Source: Tubiluchus corallicola
Lineage: Eukaryota; Animalia; Priapulida
NCBI GenBank assembly: GCA_030141605.1
Contig: JAQGDQ010000013.1
Coordinates: 448,447-512,446 of the forward strand
Length of the DNA stretch: 64,000 nt
Direction: 5' to 3'
Shown piece by piece: positions 1 to 12,720 of the stretch. Both the position numbers and the translations under genes were made by a program. Below the pieces are notes generated by a model that saw only the letters and a list, made by a program, of their open reading frames with translations, was not told the DNA's origin and did not search any database. The stretch's first letter is position 1. Each line of letters starts with the position of its first letter.

Positions 1-96
1 AACGTATTTACTTATATAATAATTGGAGTATTTATGTTAGTAGTGCATTAAAACGAAACGTTGCTAAACGGGAAGTCATTAAGCGGGGACTTACTG
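1..96. mobile_element. End of a Tc1/mariner-type MITE, truncated by the window edge
   Basis: Terminus ...ttaagcggggacttactg followed by TA, a typical CAGT-start TIR with a TA target. The other end is not visible. Confidence 0.4.
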
Positions 97-251
97 TACT
101 TACAAATTAAACATACACAAATGTGTTTCTCACTTTATTTAGCTAAAAAAAAATCAAATACGTAAATAATCGTTTTTGTTTCCACTGAGATATTAAGTTA
201 ATTTGTGATTTGTTTCCACTGAGATTTGAGTTTTTTAAAGTACATGATTAA

Positions 252-891
252 AGCACAAGATTTTCCTTTACTTACATAAAGCTTAAAAAATTCATCTTGA
301 AATTTTATACCACTTGCATACTGCCTTTCTGCATACGGGTCTTACGTCAGCAACAACGCTGTATAAAACAATGTAAATTTAAACTCCCGCGATGATCTTT
401 AGACGCAGCCTTTTTGACGACAAGGCATTTGAGACAAGTTTAGAATAAACACTGAGTAAAGTTTGAAAAAAGTAGAATGTTAAAATACTGTATATTGTCA
501 ATAAGATTAAAAATAAGTTTTTCGGTTGGTGAGTGGTGCACCCTGGAGGGTGAGTCAGTGACATTTTACCAATTGGTGAAAACATTTTAAATAATTTATG
601 ACTTTCTTTTCTAGTTACTTGAGTGTTTCAAGCAGGTAAGTGAAATGCTAAGAAATATAACTTTGCATGGAAAAATGTTTGGCACATAGTTTAACATTTA
701 CTTTTCTCCCTCTGATTTACGTTGTGTATACATGACGTCATGTAATGGCGCTGTGTCGTGGGGGATTTAAGATGAAAATAAACAAAATAAACAACGCGAG
801 TATGACATATGCGTAAAATTGCTATAAAGTAATATAATTTTTTATGGTAATTTTTCTGAAACCTACTTCAAGTACTCCCTTTTTTTGTCCT
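252..891. mobile_element. TTAA-flanked Kolobok-like non-autonomous DNA transposon (family 2)
   Basis: TTAA|agcacaaga ... ttttgtcct|TTAA. Segment 700-891 recurs in inverted orientation at about 16151-16350 and 63094-63294. Confidence 0.6.
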
Positions 892-1130
892 TTAAACTTT
901 TGCCTTGAAAGGCTGCTGACTATTAAGAATGACACAAGAACATGACTTATTCGACAGTTTCCAACAATAACAGTTGAAATAATACAATTTATGCCGTGAA
1001 CTTAACCTAAAAAATTAACAATTTAGCTGAATAAATAAAACGAAAGATGAAGGAATAATTAACATCAGGAAATGACAAATCTATTACTATATATATGTAC
1101 ATACACTCAAACTCTATTCTCTCTCAATAC

Positions 1131-4100
1131 CTTTGGCATTTTGCTGTTTTGCTTAAACTTTGTACAGATGAAAACAAACACGGGAAATTTTGGAGCTTCA
1201 TGAGTTTCAGCTTCCTCATCAACAATCCGATGAACACGAAACATCCAGCCTCTGCAACACGTACACTAACAATCATAATTATCATTACGTGAATGTGACA
1301 AAATTAACTCCCTCAGGACCGCGCCATTCAAAATAGGTATATTGGTCTTATAAGACCTACGACTTTTCTGCTACTGTATGAACACAGACATAACTAAATG
1401 ATTACAAATTAGCTACTGTTCTATTTAGCAGAATCTCAGCTATCCAATCAACCTATTTATTTAAACAATTATAAGTGATTTAACTGGAAAAATTAAGAAA
1501 AACATGCAATCTTCGCGCACTCCAACCTAGTCTATTGAGTAGCTTAGTCTGGTGTACACTTGTGTGATCCTATACACTATTTTATTGATAGTCTGCTTGC
1601 TACAGTTCAAGAGAACCCATCTATTGTACAGAGCTCCAGGAAAAGCCAACCGATCAGCCGAGGGCAAATTAAGACCATTTCATCTTTTGACAGGAATTTC
1701 CTTAAAAGCAAAGTACATTTGAGGTCAAAGTGTATCAGAGTGTTGTGTCTGGATAGTTGAAATTTTCTGCATTAATCAATTTCACACAAAAGACACTGTA
1801 CTTTGTTACAGTGCAAGCACTGCAGTTAATGAACGCTTTTTTGAATTTATTAGATTCAGAAATCGATTTTTAACTGGTCTAATGTTAGCAAATACATTTC
1901 ATATATAAATTTGCATGAAAATACATTGTGTGAAGAGTAGAAACCTTCAAAAATTATCAAATATAATGTAATCGCTGCTTAGTGAGAGCAGTTTTTCATG
2001 AACCCGTGCAAAATGCTGCAAACGCTTACAGTCCTGAAGGAGTTAATAAATTCGCTAAAACTGAAATGAGAAATCTTAACAGGCATTAATTATTGAAAAT
2101 GTCAATTAAACAAAAATTATAGATGGAGTCATGGATGCACTAATCCAAAATCTGCTTTCTATAGGTTTCACACGTCAAATGTAGACACAGGAAAGTTCAA
2201 ATGTGACTTAGGTAAGTCAAATGTAGATGCGGTACTTTGAATAAAACCAAATTAAAATTATACATTATGGTCATGGTGCTATTGGCAGCATAAATTTTTA
2301 TAATATTTAACTAATTTGCAACTATTTGTATGGACGTTAATATATTTTTCAAATGTAAAGAAAATGTTTATTTGATAAGAACACTTAAAAGTGTTGTACA
2401 TAAATAAGTTAACAATTATACAATTATTAATGTATACACAAATTCTAAATTTTATTTGTCAACGTTTTACAAAAAATGTCGGCAGAAAAGAATAAATTGG
2501 TTCCCACTTCCCAATGAACAGTGAATCATTAATTAGTTTTTTAAGCAATGCATTAGCACTGCATTAATGAATTAGTTTCTCTCAAGAAACATTTATTTTA
2601 ATAATGTATTGCTTTCTCTAACAGTTCAAATGGTATATAAAGTTTGCAGAATATTAGTGAACCTATAACATTGTTAAGTTAACTTAAGAGCAATTATTAA
2701 ATTAAAATTAAAAAAGATTAAATTTAACATCCTTGAACTTTACCACCTATCCACATTTGTGATACCAATGTCACATTTGACTTGACATGTGTCTACATTT
2801 GACTTACCAAAAATGCTTAAGATTTCTTGAAAACCGTTGTTAACACATTTGAATTACCTAACTCTACATTTGAGTTAACGCAGGTCTACATTTGACATGT
2901 AAAACCTATATACGTCTGTATGTCATTTTGCCTCGTCAAACAGGATATGAATGAATACAGCAACATCTGGTTAGCTGAGAACAACACGTGGACAAGAGGT
3001 AGCAAGCACAACGTTGTATTTTAATCAAATTGGCGCATTGAATTGGTGCAAACAAAAATAAACAAGTGCACATACTGGGCAGGAAATACAGCAAGGAGTT
3101 TGTTTATGATGTGATCCTGTGACAATGAGATACAGATGTATCTTCCGCCAATACGCAGGACTCTGCTGATCTCGTTAAACATTTCATCGACTTTTTCATG
3201 AACTTGAGGCGTGTCGTCATTGAACACCGCATCTAACGTTCCTTTATCTAGAACCACTGAGAATGCTTCGTCATCAAAATCCATCTAAAGAATAAATACC
3301 GTATTTTCCCATGTATAAGAGACCCTTTTTTGCTCAGAATTTTCACTTTAAAAATAGGGGGTCTCTTATACATGGGAGTAAGTCTTTTCAATAAGATACA
3401 TAAATTGTGACACTAATGATTTTAAAGAAATAAGTGCTCTACAACTGTTTTATTTCGAATAATTATAGTTTCCTTTCAATAAATCTTCTCCATGGCTGGG
3501 TCCTCAAGGCATGGAATGGTGTAAAGCCAGAGGTCATTATTAAATCTTTCAAGAAGTGTGGCATCTCCAATGCCATGGATGGCACAGAGGACAATGCCAT
3601 TTTTGAGCAGAGTGACTCCTCTGATGATGAACTGGCTGGAATTGCTGAAGGTCTGACTCCAGTTGATATTTTTGATGAGAGTGATGAGGAATTTAATGAT
3701 TTCTATGATGAATAAAATTATTCATTACCAAAAAACTTTTTTCCAGAATTTTTGCCTAAAAATTGAAGGGGTCTCTTATACACAAGGGTCTCTTATACAT
3801 GGGAAAATACGGTAAAGAAAATTTTAAAAGCAAAATGAATGAAGTAAACTAAGTATAGTTCGACCCATTATAACTCAAAAACTTTGAGTATCTCGATCAG
3901 ATCTCGTGAAATGGATTTTCCCTTTCATTTTTCTCTTTACCAAACGTCGCATAACTCCAATTCTGTAACTCGAATTATCATGTTACTCATACCGAATTCC
4001 CGGTACAACTTTTAAGATGCTAATTCAAATTACCCCGCCTATCTTGAACGACCGCCCAAGTGAAAAATCTTGTGCAAAAGTGTGCACCACATTATGATTC

Positions 4101-7100
4101 TAACTGCTAGTTTCAGCAAAAATGCTAAGATTTCTTATATTTCCTTAGCAAAACGCTGAACATAACATGGCTTAACAAACGTGGTTTAATAACTAGATTA
4201 CAATATTATTATTGCCGAATTCTTTTAACCATGCTACTCAGACTACAAGAGCTGGACCAGTCATTTTATTTTTTATTTTTCATAAAAACTGTTTTTCCTA
4301 TCCTGAGGTATTCGAGTTATACGTAGTTTATTGCAAGTAATAAACGAAAACATGTCAAGTGCTCCACAACTATCTATAGTTAGTAGGCTCTCTCATTGAA
4401 CTCTGAACTCCAAGCTTGTAGGGTGCTAAAGCATATAGTAATAACAATGTGCTTCTGATAATTAAGTAACAGGTTAGAAACTTAATTAATGGCGTGTGAG
4501 GGAAACTAGTGATGACGTCACAACTGAACATGTTTTTCCACAACAGATTCCACGAGTGTGTTGCACGTGTTTGTGAAAGCGAAAAATGAAGTTCAGTGCT
4601 ACTGTACAACCATCAGTGTGTTATATTAAAACTCGGCAATTTTTAAGTTCAAAATTGAAATTTAAAATTTACCGCTGTGCTCTCGCATGAGCTCTCGAAC
4701 AAGTGTACTATATCACAACTAAACACCTCTGAACTGAGATGCACAGCACTAATTTTTCATGGAACGCATTTAACAGGTGCAGGTGCTAGTGTCCATCTAA
4801 CTAGCAAATGGTGAAATAGCAACAGCGAAGAACTAGCGGCGCAAATGCGAAATTACGTTTCTGCGTTAATAATTCTTACACGCAAGTCATTCTTGAAAAA
4901 GGAGCATGTTCTCTTTCAATATTTTGTATATTAGATTGTTTTGAGCTCATATGTTAAGGTTGTCAGCAGAGGGCTTAGGTTATAGGTTACGATTGGATGT
5001 GGCTTTCTTATAAAACAATTCTACAGTTATTTCTTCAGCTCCACAAGAGAGATCTTCTTTTAACGACCACAAACACTCATTTTTTCTTGTAAAAATAAAG
5101 CCTCCATTACGGTGACTTTATATTATAAGTTTTCCTTATCAAGACAAAACCAATGAAAGATCAGAATAATAAATCGACCAATTGTGACCGTGTTGATGGT
5201 TTCTTGAAATTGCTGTCAAATATGTTTTACAATCATCATCAAACACAATCCACCTTGTTTCTATAAGAAATGCTGAACCACCACAAACAGAAAATTTCTG
5301 CAGTTTCAAGCAAGAGAAAAACCAATAACAATGTTATTAGAACATCAAGCTTTTCTTGAAGAATACTTACACGCATAATATCCATTTGAAGCCATTTCAT
5401 TTCTGGACGTAATTTGGAGTTTTGGGCTGCCATCTGTTGCACAACGACATCACTAATGTCGACGTTTGTAATATTCTTATAACCGACATCATAGAGGTCT
5501 GCACTCAGTCGCGAATTTCCGCATCCTATAACTAACGTCTTATCAGCCACTTTTATGTACTTATGTAACACAGAGCACAGTTGTGGATATTCTCCGTACC
5601 TGGAACACATTCAAACTTACCTATGGAATCAAACACAAACTTTCAACAAGTTTAATTACCAGGAGTAAAACTTAAATTTACCAGTTAATTTTAACGTCAT
5701 CTAGTAGGTTAGTTACAATTTTTTTCCTGGACATGTTCATATTTCCATATTTCCACTGTAGCCCTGTCGTACAGCTAGGGGGAGAGGGGCAGGCCACTCC
5801 GGGTGGTATTTTGAACAGGGCACTGAAAAAGTCGATCAAGTGCACCGAATGTCAAAACAGGTGGGAACTTAATTTCCATGAAAGCAGCATTTATAGCACT
5901 TTCAGCAGAAATTTGCAAAAATGATAATTAATGAAATAAAATCTTTGGACTGTTTACATCGTCTTTTTTCGGTTTCAAAATTCTTGTACATACGCGTCTT
6001 CACAGTGGCGAGCCGTACTAAAAATTACTGGGAGTGATGCTTCAGGAAATCTTTTAGACATTGTTGTAATACTGTGTAAAACGAAGCAAACATAAGTAAT
6101 TTTAATGTTGTAATTTCAAACAAACAAACATACAAAAATTTATATACATAAACTTGAAGAAATCTTAAAGCAAAAATTTTTTGCTTATGAATAGCCTAAA
6201 TTGGCACTGTTCAAGAATATGCCGGTACACAGTAAGCACACGACAACTGACAACAAACGGTGTGCGCGACATTTAGCTCTCAATCATCGCAGAATTCATT
6301 CTAGTATATTCTTACCATGTTTTACGAAGATCTGTAGTAAACAAGTCGAGCCTTGAATATTTTTTATAAAACGACATCTTGTATACAAAAATCCAACTCT
6401 GCCAGTTGCTGTGGAATTTATTTTAGTATATTCATATAAAGTTTAGTGACGAGTCTGATATGAGCTGGCACAACCTTCGGCTATATTTGAAAAGGGTGCT
6501 ATTTCCGCCATCTTGAATTCAAAATGGCTGATCAAAAATCTGGCTCAATCAGTCAATTATAAATAATTGTGTTTAACAGGCCATATACCAACTGATACTA
6601 GTTTAAAAGTTAGCAATGGCATTACCGTTAGTGCCAATAATGACTAAGTTGCACATTGACTTTAGTTTTAGGATTAAATCTCGGACTCTTGATTGTAACT
6701 AGTGATCACTAGCTTTAATTCTTGTAATTTAATATAAGAATAACATCACTATAGCCACTAAATCACTACACCAATCAATTAGAACAAGACAAACTGAGAA
6801 ATGACGAAATAATGAAAATTCTGACATCAAACAACAGAAGAATTATTATATGTTTGATATATGTGTGCTTGCAAACCAAAAACGTCCATAAGTTGTCATG
6901 TTTAAAACTACATTATGATGCTTCAAAGTAGAAATGTGACAAAAAACAATGGCTAACTTAAACAGCGATAAGTTTTTCAGGGCATAGCCTACACCTTGAC
7001 TTCAAAGCGGATTATCGCACCTTAGAAATAACATAGAGCACTGAGCTTGATATCAAAATGATCCTCATGAAACAGAGATTCAGGATAAGTGAATAACTAG

Positions 7101-7376
7101 AAAACTTAATTGCCGTCTTATGGACGATTTAGCTATGCAAGCACATATATATATTTTTGACATGTTGCATGATTTATGTTTCAAGTTAATTTTAACGTGT
7201 GACATGCAGTTAATGCAGTTGATTGCTTAACAAAGCAAATAAATTAAGCTATTGCCTAAAAAACATCTGGCTCAACATTCTTACCATTCAAACGGCGAGT
7301 TTCCCCGATACTTGAAAAACTTATTCCAATAATCGGCTGAGCTAAACTGAAAACGAGTTTTTGGCAAAAGTTCCAT
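1131..7376 (-). CDS. METTL13: eEF1A lysine and N-terminal methyltransferase (METTL13/eEF1AKNMT), 5' part; continues beyond the left edge
   Basis: Coding exons on minus, all GT-AG and phase-compatible: 7376-7285 ([31 protein letters not shown]), 5599-5371 (YGEYPQLC...[19 protein letters not shown]...VDIS), 3284-3076 ([19 protein letters not shown]...[17 protein letters not shown]), 1251-1131 (GWMFRVH...[10 protein letters not shown]). The SAM motif I (VIGCGNS), DKGTLDA and the N-terminal M.LLPK...YW..FF..RG...FEWYG match METTL13. Confidence 0.95.
1308..2042. mobile_element. piggyBac-like MITE in a METTL13 intron
   Basis: TTAA on both sides (1304-1307, 2043-2046). 12-bp TIR ctccctcaggac / gtcctgaaggag with 1 mismatch. 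Confidence 0.7.
2160..2910. mobile_element. MITE with about 27-bp TIRs and subterminal TCAAATGT repeats
   Basis: tataggtttcacacgtcaaatgtagac at the left and gtctacatttgacatgtaaaacctata at the right. Multiple tcaaatgt / acatttga copies lie at each end. Confidence 0.75.
3299..3812 (+). mobile_element. Internally deleted pogo/Tigger-family DNA transposon
   Basis: Perfect 29-bp TIRs (ccgtattttcccatgtataagagaccctt), TA TSDs at 3297-3298 and 3813-3814, and internal TIR-like repeats. ORF 3434-3715 contains WVLKAW...[19 protein letters not shown] plus an acidic tail, the C-terminus of pogo-type transposases. Confidence 0.9.
4483..4760 (-). mobile_element. Dispersed repeat, family 3 (fragment)
   Basis: Reverse complement aligns with 38195-38425 and 49970-50230 (gtgctgtacctc.cagttcagatgtgttag...tttcgctttc.caaacacg...gtgatgtcatca). 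Confidence 0.65.
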
Positions 7377-7720
7377 AATTACTCAGGGAAGCTTCCTGTT
7401 GAAAAATGAATGTGCAGCATCCTGTGATGAAGCTTAGGTATCATTATTTATCATCGCACTGGCTTCACTGCAATGTTTTGCAAAAATTATCACAAATGTA
7501 ACATTTTTCTCACTAAACAGTTCAAAAAAAACTTTCAAAATGCAGGAAGCGGCAAATGTGTTTTTTATTTTAGTGTTACTCCAAAAGGTAGGCAGTATAA
7601 CAAACACAACACTGTACAAATAGTCGCATCTTCTGCATTGTTAGTGTTTAAATACCTGTACAAATCATCTCAGCATACCAAGACCTAACGACACATGCAC
7701 ATTATCGTATTAGTACTTAC

Positions 7721-7765
7721 GATATATCCACATCGGTGTGAAGATGTCATTGCCGAAGAACGTCC
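7721..7765 (-). other. METTL13: Probable non-coding 5' UTR exon of METTL13
   Basis: A strong acceptor (tttttcaacAG) at 7396-7397 lies 19 nt upstream of the ATG, and a minus-strand GTAAGT donor starts at 7720. The 5' limit of the exon is uncertain. Confidence 0.45.
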
Positions 7766-10700
7766 GTAATTTAATTTTTGCACATTAGGCCATGAGCAGC
7801 GAAATACAGGATTAGTTACGACAGCGTTTGCGTTTAGTTATTACGTGTCATATTTCACTATGTAGCATTTTTTACAAATTTAGCATCACAGAAATGATGC
7901 TGCATCCAAGTAAGGCATTTGCTGCTTGTTTTGCCTGCAATTTTACAAAGTTTCACGAGCAAAATTGAACAAAATAATTTGGGTGGAAAATGCAACTTCA
8001 AAGCCGTCTTGTTAGGGACGAAGCCCTGACATTTAGTAAAATTAGTTTTAAATTTTAAGTCATGGTAGCTCTTTTTAATAAAGAAAACTTGCTTTTATGC
8101 AAAAGTTTCACCGTTAAAATAAACAGTATATTAAATCATTCTTGTTTGAAAAAATGCAAATTATGTGTCAAAGTTAAGCCGATAACGATGACATAACAGA
8201 TTAAAGTTCTCACTTGAGAGAAGCCAAGTCAAACATTACTGTATATGAAATACTACTGTAAATGAATAGAGACTGTTGATACCTCCAAAACATCAATGTT
8301 TGGCTCTGATGTAAGTAAAACATTTTATGAGTTCTAGTGCTTATGACGAGTTTATATCTGGGTCTTTATTAAATCTAAAAAAGTAATAAGGCCCCGATTT
8401 GTTGCAATGCAGATAAAATGATTACATAATTTGTAGCAAATTAAAAGTAATGTTTTTACAGTGCAGTGTAACATTTTGTCAAATTTCAAATTTCAAATTT
8501 GCAACATGTAATGTCAGGTCCTTCAAAACTAACAAATCGATGACTGACTAACGAATGCACAAATGTTAATTCTGCTGGGAGATAGCCTGTTTTTCCTGAT
8601 TTTAGGCTACTGTCCCAGTATTACATTTTTTCCGAAGTGCCCTGTGTTTTTCATCTAATTTGGTTAAAATTCTTCAATGGCGGATGGGCCATAAAAACTA
8701 TAGAACGATGCATGATGCCCTCTCATACCCATAGTGGCTTCTTAATAATTCAACTAATCACGAGAAACAAACTGACCTCTTGACACACCAGTGGCAAAAC
8801 TAACAACAAATAGAAAATCAAACTATAATTTATAAATGTAATAGGACAAGATAAATAGAACAAAACCAAAACAGTTGCAAAAAAAATCCAGCAGAAATTT
8901 TGGATTTACAACTAAATAAATTCCAAATTACAACTGTGTAGAGTGTAATTAACAATTGTATCTAATCCGTACTCCACCCAGGCAGAAAGGGTGCAGCTTA
9001 CTAGAACCCTTAACTAGTTTGTCTCTGTGCCCTCGTTTACCTCTCAAGTGAGTCCCACACGGAATTCTTTCCAAATGAAACTGCATAAAACTAAAAGGGA
9101 TGAAATGCGTTTCTCAAAATTTTCTCGAAGTTGATAACTGCTTTTTTGATAACTCGTAGAGAATACATTTTAATTTGATTTGCTAGTCAGTTACCTTTTA
9201 CACTGACTTTCAATCAGCCATCGAACAAAAGCTGCAATACATCTTATTACTTACTTTCTGAGCTTCAGTCATAGTCTAAAAAATATACAAAACACAAAAA
9301 ACGCTCACGTAATAACAAAAACGTCACGTTGCCAAAAAGAGCTCACTCTCGGCAATATGACACATCCTAAAAATTTGCCTTACTGGCAGTTCGCGATTTT
9401 TGACTATTCGCGCACTGTTCACGCCCACTTTCTTTAGTCTACTCACCATTATTATTGTTATTATTTCAAGTGAATTCTCTTCAACTGTTATTGCTACAGA
9501 CGGCTATAAATGTCAGGGGGCTCAGAACTATTATTTTGCTGTATGTTCACTGTCTACTTGTAGAGCTGTCAAAATTCAATATTGGGTGTTATGTAGGAAT
9601 TATTAAAATTTTATAGAGTGAAAACAGCACATATTGTTAAAGCATTGCAAGAAATGTTATAAATATATGAGGCTTGTGCTTTTAAATATAGTACGACTTT
9701 AGTTAATATAATTATGCGCAGGCTCTTGCCATGTGGTCCTCTCTATCTTTTATTTTAAATTATGGCAGTTTATACCAGCTAGTGTTAACATGTCACCCCT
9801 ATAATGACAGTAGTTTTTACTTTTGCATTAAACCCGAATCTTGGGAATTACAATAAATTTATTTTTGCTAGCATCTTGACTCTCATTGGCTGGAATTTAA
9901 ACACCCTTAGCCTTTATCCAGTCAGCTTCGTTTCTGGATTTGTACAATAATTCTAGTAGTTTATATTATGAAGGTTTACACGTGCTGCAGTTTGGAATTA
10001 TAGTGATAATCAGAGGTCGTGCAGACGTGATTCGTTTCTGTGCCTGGGTTTTCCCAGCCAGGCCTGAAGTTTTCTGAGTACTTGTCGCATTGGAAGATAC
10101 AGTATTCTGGTTATTTATCTATTGTCTTTTTTGTTGTTTGAAAATCCTGTTCAATTAACCAGTTAGTTTAGGACTTGCTAACAATTAAAATTTTAATATT
10201 AGTAGTTTCTTCATTAAGCTATCACATATTCCATGTATTTCAAATGTTTATCTGCTTTTTGCCTGCAAAAATGTTCTAATAATAAGCAATGATTCTTTGA
10301 CCTAATTGCTACCAAAAGTTGTGCATTTGCCGAAGAATATGCACAATGTTTTGCAGTAATATTGCATTACTGTTTTTATTACTTAATATAGGTTTTTTCC
10401 TTTTGGCTGTGTTGCTATATTGTTAAATATGTAATGGTAAATCAAACTAATATTAATTTCATGTGAATCATACCTTACTTTCACAGTTTTCAAGCTCTAT
10501 TTTCAGTTTTATACATGAAATTACTAAGTTTTCCTGGCAAGTTTTAAATGATTTCTTTCTTGTTCTCTTCTTACTTTTCCTTTGTGATGCATTTATTTTA
10601 ATGACTTCAAATCTCTTGTTGAAAGTTAAGTAACACTGAACCTTCATCTGTAGACGGATGGGTGATCACACGAATATTAAGCCGACTGTGTTTAATTTAT

Positions 10701-12021
10701 TTGTACATTTTTAATTGTAATGTATGCCATTTGTTTGTGTTTTCAGATTTGCCTGTGTAATGATACTATGCAACCGATGAAGTTTATTGGTAGTTTTCTT
10801 TTCATGAGTTTATGCATACACAATTCAAGAAAGATAGCTAATAGGGAAAAGGGAAAGGGCCAGTTAAGCATAACCAGCTCAGTTTTTTACCAGTACGATG
10901 CATCTATTATTACTTAGTTTGCCAGCCATTGGCATCATGCAAGTCAGTCATCATGACTGCTAGAAATTTTTGGTATTTCGATCACCAGCAGTTCAGCTGT
11001 GATAAGTAACTGGATTAACTTCTTTGATGACACTAAATTCCAGGGATTCAATCATTTTTACATTTGTGCAACATAAAAGGCAGCTGGATGACTGAGGTAA
11101 CATTGGTCAAATAAGAGGAAGGTGTTCTTCAGAATTTGTAAGCAAAATATTAACACTAGCAGTTGAAAACTTTCTTTCCGTGCCTTTAAACCATACAATA
11201 AACATTGAAGTGCACAGTAAGACTAAGAACTAATGGTAGATGTTTACCAGTAAGAAAATACGTTAAGTAATTTTGTACAACTGTATTATAATCTATATGG
11301 CCTTTTTATGTACAAATGAATGATGAACATTGAACAAAATAACAGAACTGTAGATGTTATAAGTCCTATATTATCGATGAAGAAGACACATAACAGAATG
11401 ATGTATGTACTGATAAAACTTTGTTAAATAAGAAAAAAATGAAGTGCATTGTCACGACATAAAACAAAAGTGAAGAGAGATGAAACTGCTGAGTCATGTA
11501 CGTGTGACGTCATCTGAGATCAACCTATAACATAACAATAAGTTCTATAACAATATACATCACTAAATTTCCTCTTTCATTTTAAAAAGTTTAATGTGTG
11601 ATGAACAGTTTTTAATATAAAACAAGAATTATTAAGCAGGAAATTTTGTGGAATTACAGGAGAGTGGAATTTTTACAAACGTCTATTTAGATAGCATATC
11701 AGCATATCACTTGTACATCATTTTTAACAGCAAAGCTTATAATAATATTCGTGAGTTTAAAACGTGAATGCGAACAATGGGTAATTCGAAAACATATACT
11801 GAGAGAGCCGTTAACTTGACTGCAGCCTAAGACTAAGACGACTAAAAATATCATTAACATGATAATCGCCTATAATATGTTACATCAAGTACAATTATCT
11901 TATTAATTACGTACAATAGAGATGACTTGTTCTGGCTTGTAGCATAACATGTCAACCACCGTATGTCATATACTTTTAGTCTCTTAGTCTCTTAGGCAGT
12001 TTTCCCCAACAATTTGACTAA

Positions 12022-12621
12022 CAGAGGGGTAGCAAGGTGGGGACAATTGCCCCTGGTGCAAGGGTGAAGGGCGCAAAATTATTCCAGAGATCAATGACTA
12101 TTAATTATTAATTACTAATCCGACATTAACAAACTAACTAAACTAGTTTTCAAATTACAGCTAAATTGGCCAGTCAGAGATCATCGTAACTGACTTAGTT
12201 ACTATGTACAGCTTAGAAAAAGGCTAACGTTGTTACTTAACGTCGTGTGGCTTAGCAGATTGATAATTTTAACAGAAATAGTGACGTTTCTCTGAATACC
12301 GATTGTATTATTGTGAAAACCTGTAGCGTTCGGTATCTTTCATAATCTCTGCACATTTTAACGTTGGAGCTTATGTTTAAGGATTGTCGCGTTACGCACA
12401 ACTAATACATAGAAAAGAGTTATACAGGGGCAGTACTGCATTATCAAACTCCGGACAATTCTTAGAAAAAAATCGTTTATCCCATTATGCCGAAAAGGAA
12501 AGTGGGGCTCAGGGACGCAAAAAAATGTGCACAATTTGTGACTTCATCAAAATGATCAAAACATTAAAACGGTAAGAAGCCAGAAGTTTTTTTGCCCCGG
12601 GTACACTTGCTATGCCGCTTG
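12022..12621. mobile_element. hAT-like non-autonomous element just 3' of the CBR paralog A stop codon
   Basis: Imperfect TIRs cagaggggtagcaag / cttgctatgccgcttg, flanked by similar tgacta sequences, with GC-rich subterminal tgcccc motifs. Confidence 0.5.
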
Positions 12622-12720
12622 TGACTAGCAGCTTTAATAAGGAACAACTAGGTTCATAGTTTCCACATTTCTGCTACTGAAAATCATCATTTTTGTTTTG
12701 CAGCATTAAAATCTCGCTTA

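Noticed and set aside
8952-9065. Possible H/ACA snoRNA on the minus strand (two hairpins, AGACAA and ACA)
   Set aside because: Stems are weak and no rRNA target was recognised. The plus strand ctccacccagg...gggt resembles a SINE core fragment. An Rfam search would be needed.
9255-9449. Minus-strand ATG|GTGAGT plus a 21-nt micro-exon (TMTEAQK)
   Set aside because: No downstream in-frame exon could be assembled.
11025-11096. TGATGA...CTGA box C/D-like pair
   Set aside because: No terminal stem and no recognisable rRNA/snRNA antisense element; such short motifs are expected by chance.
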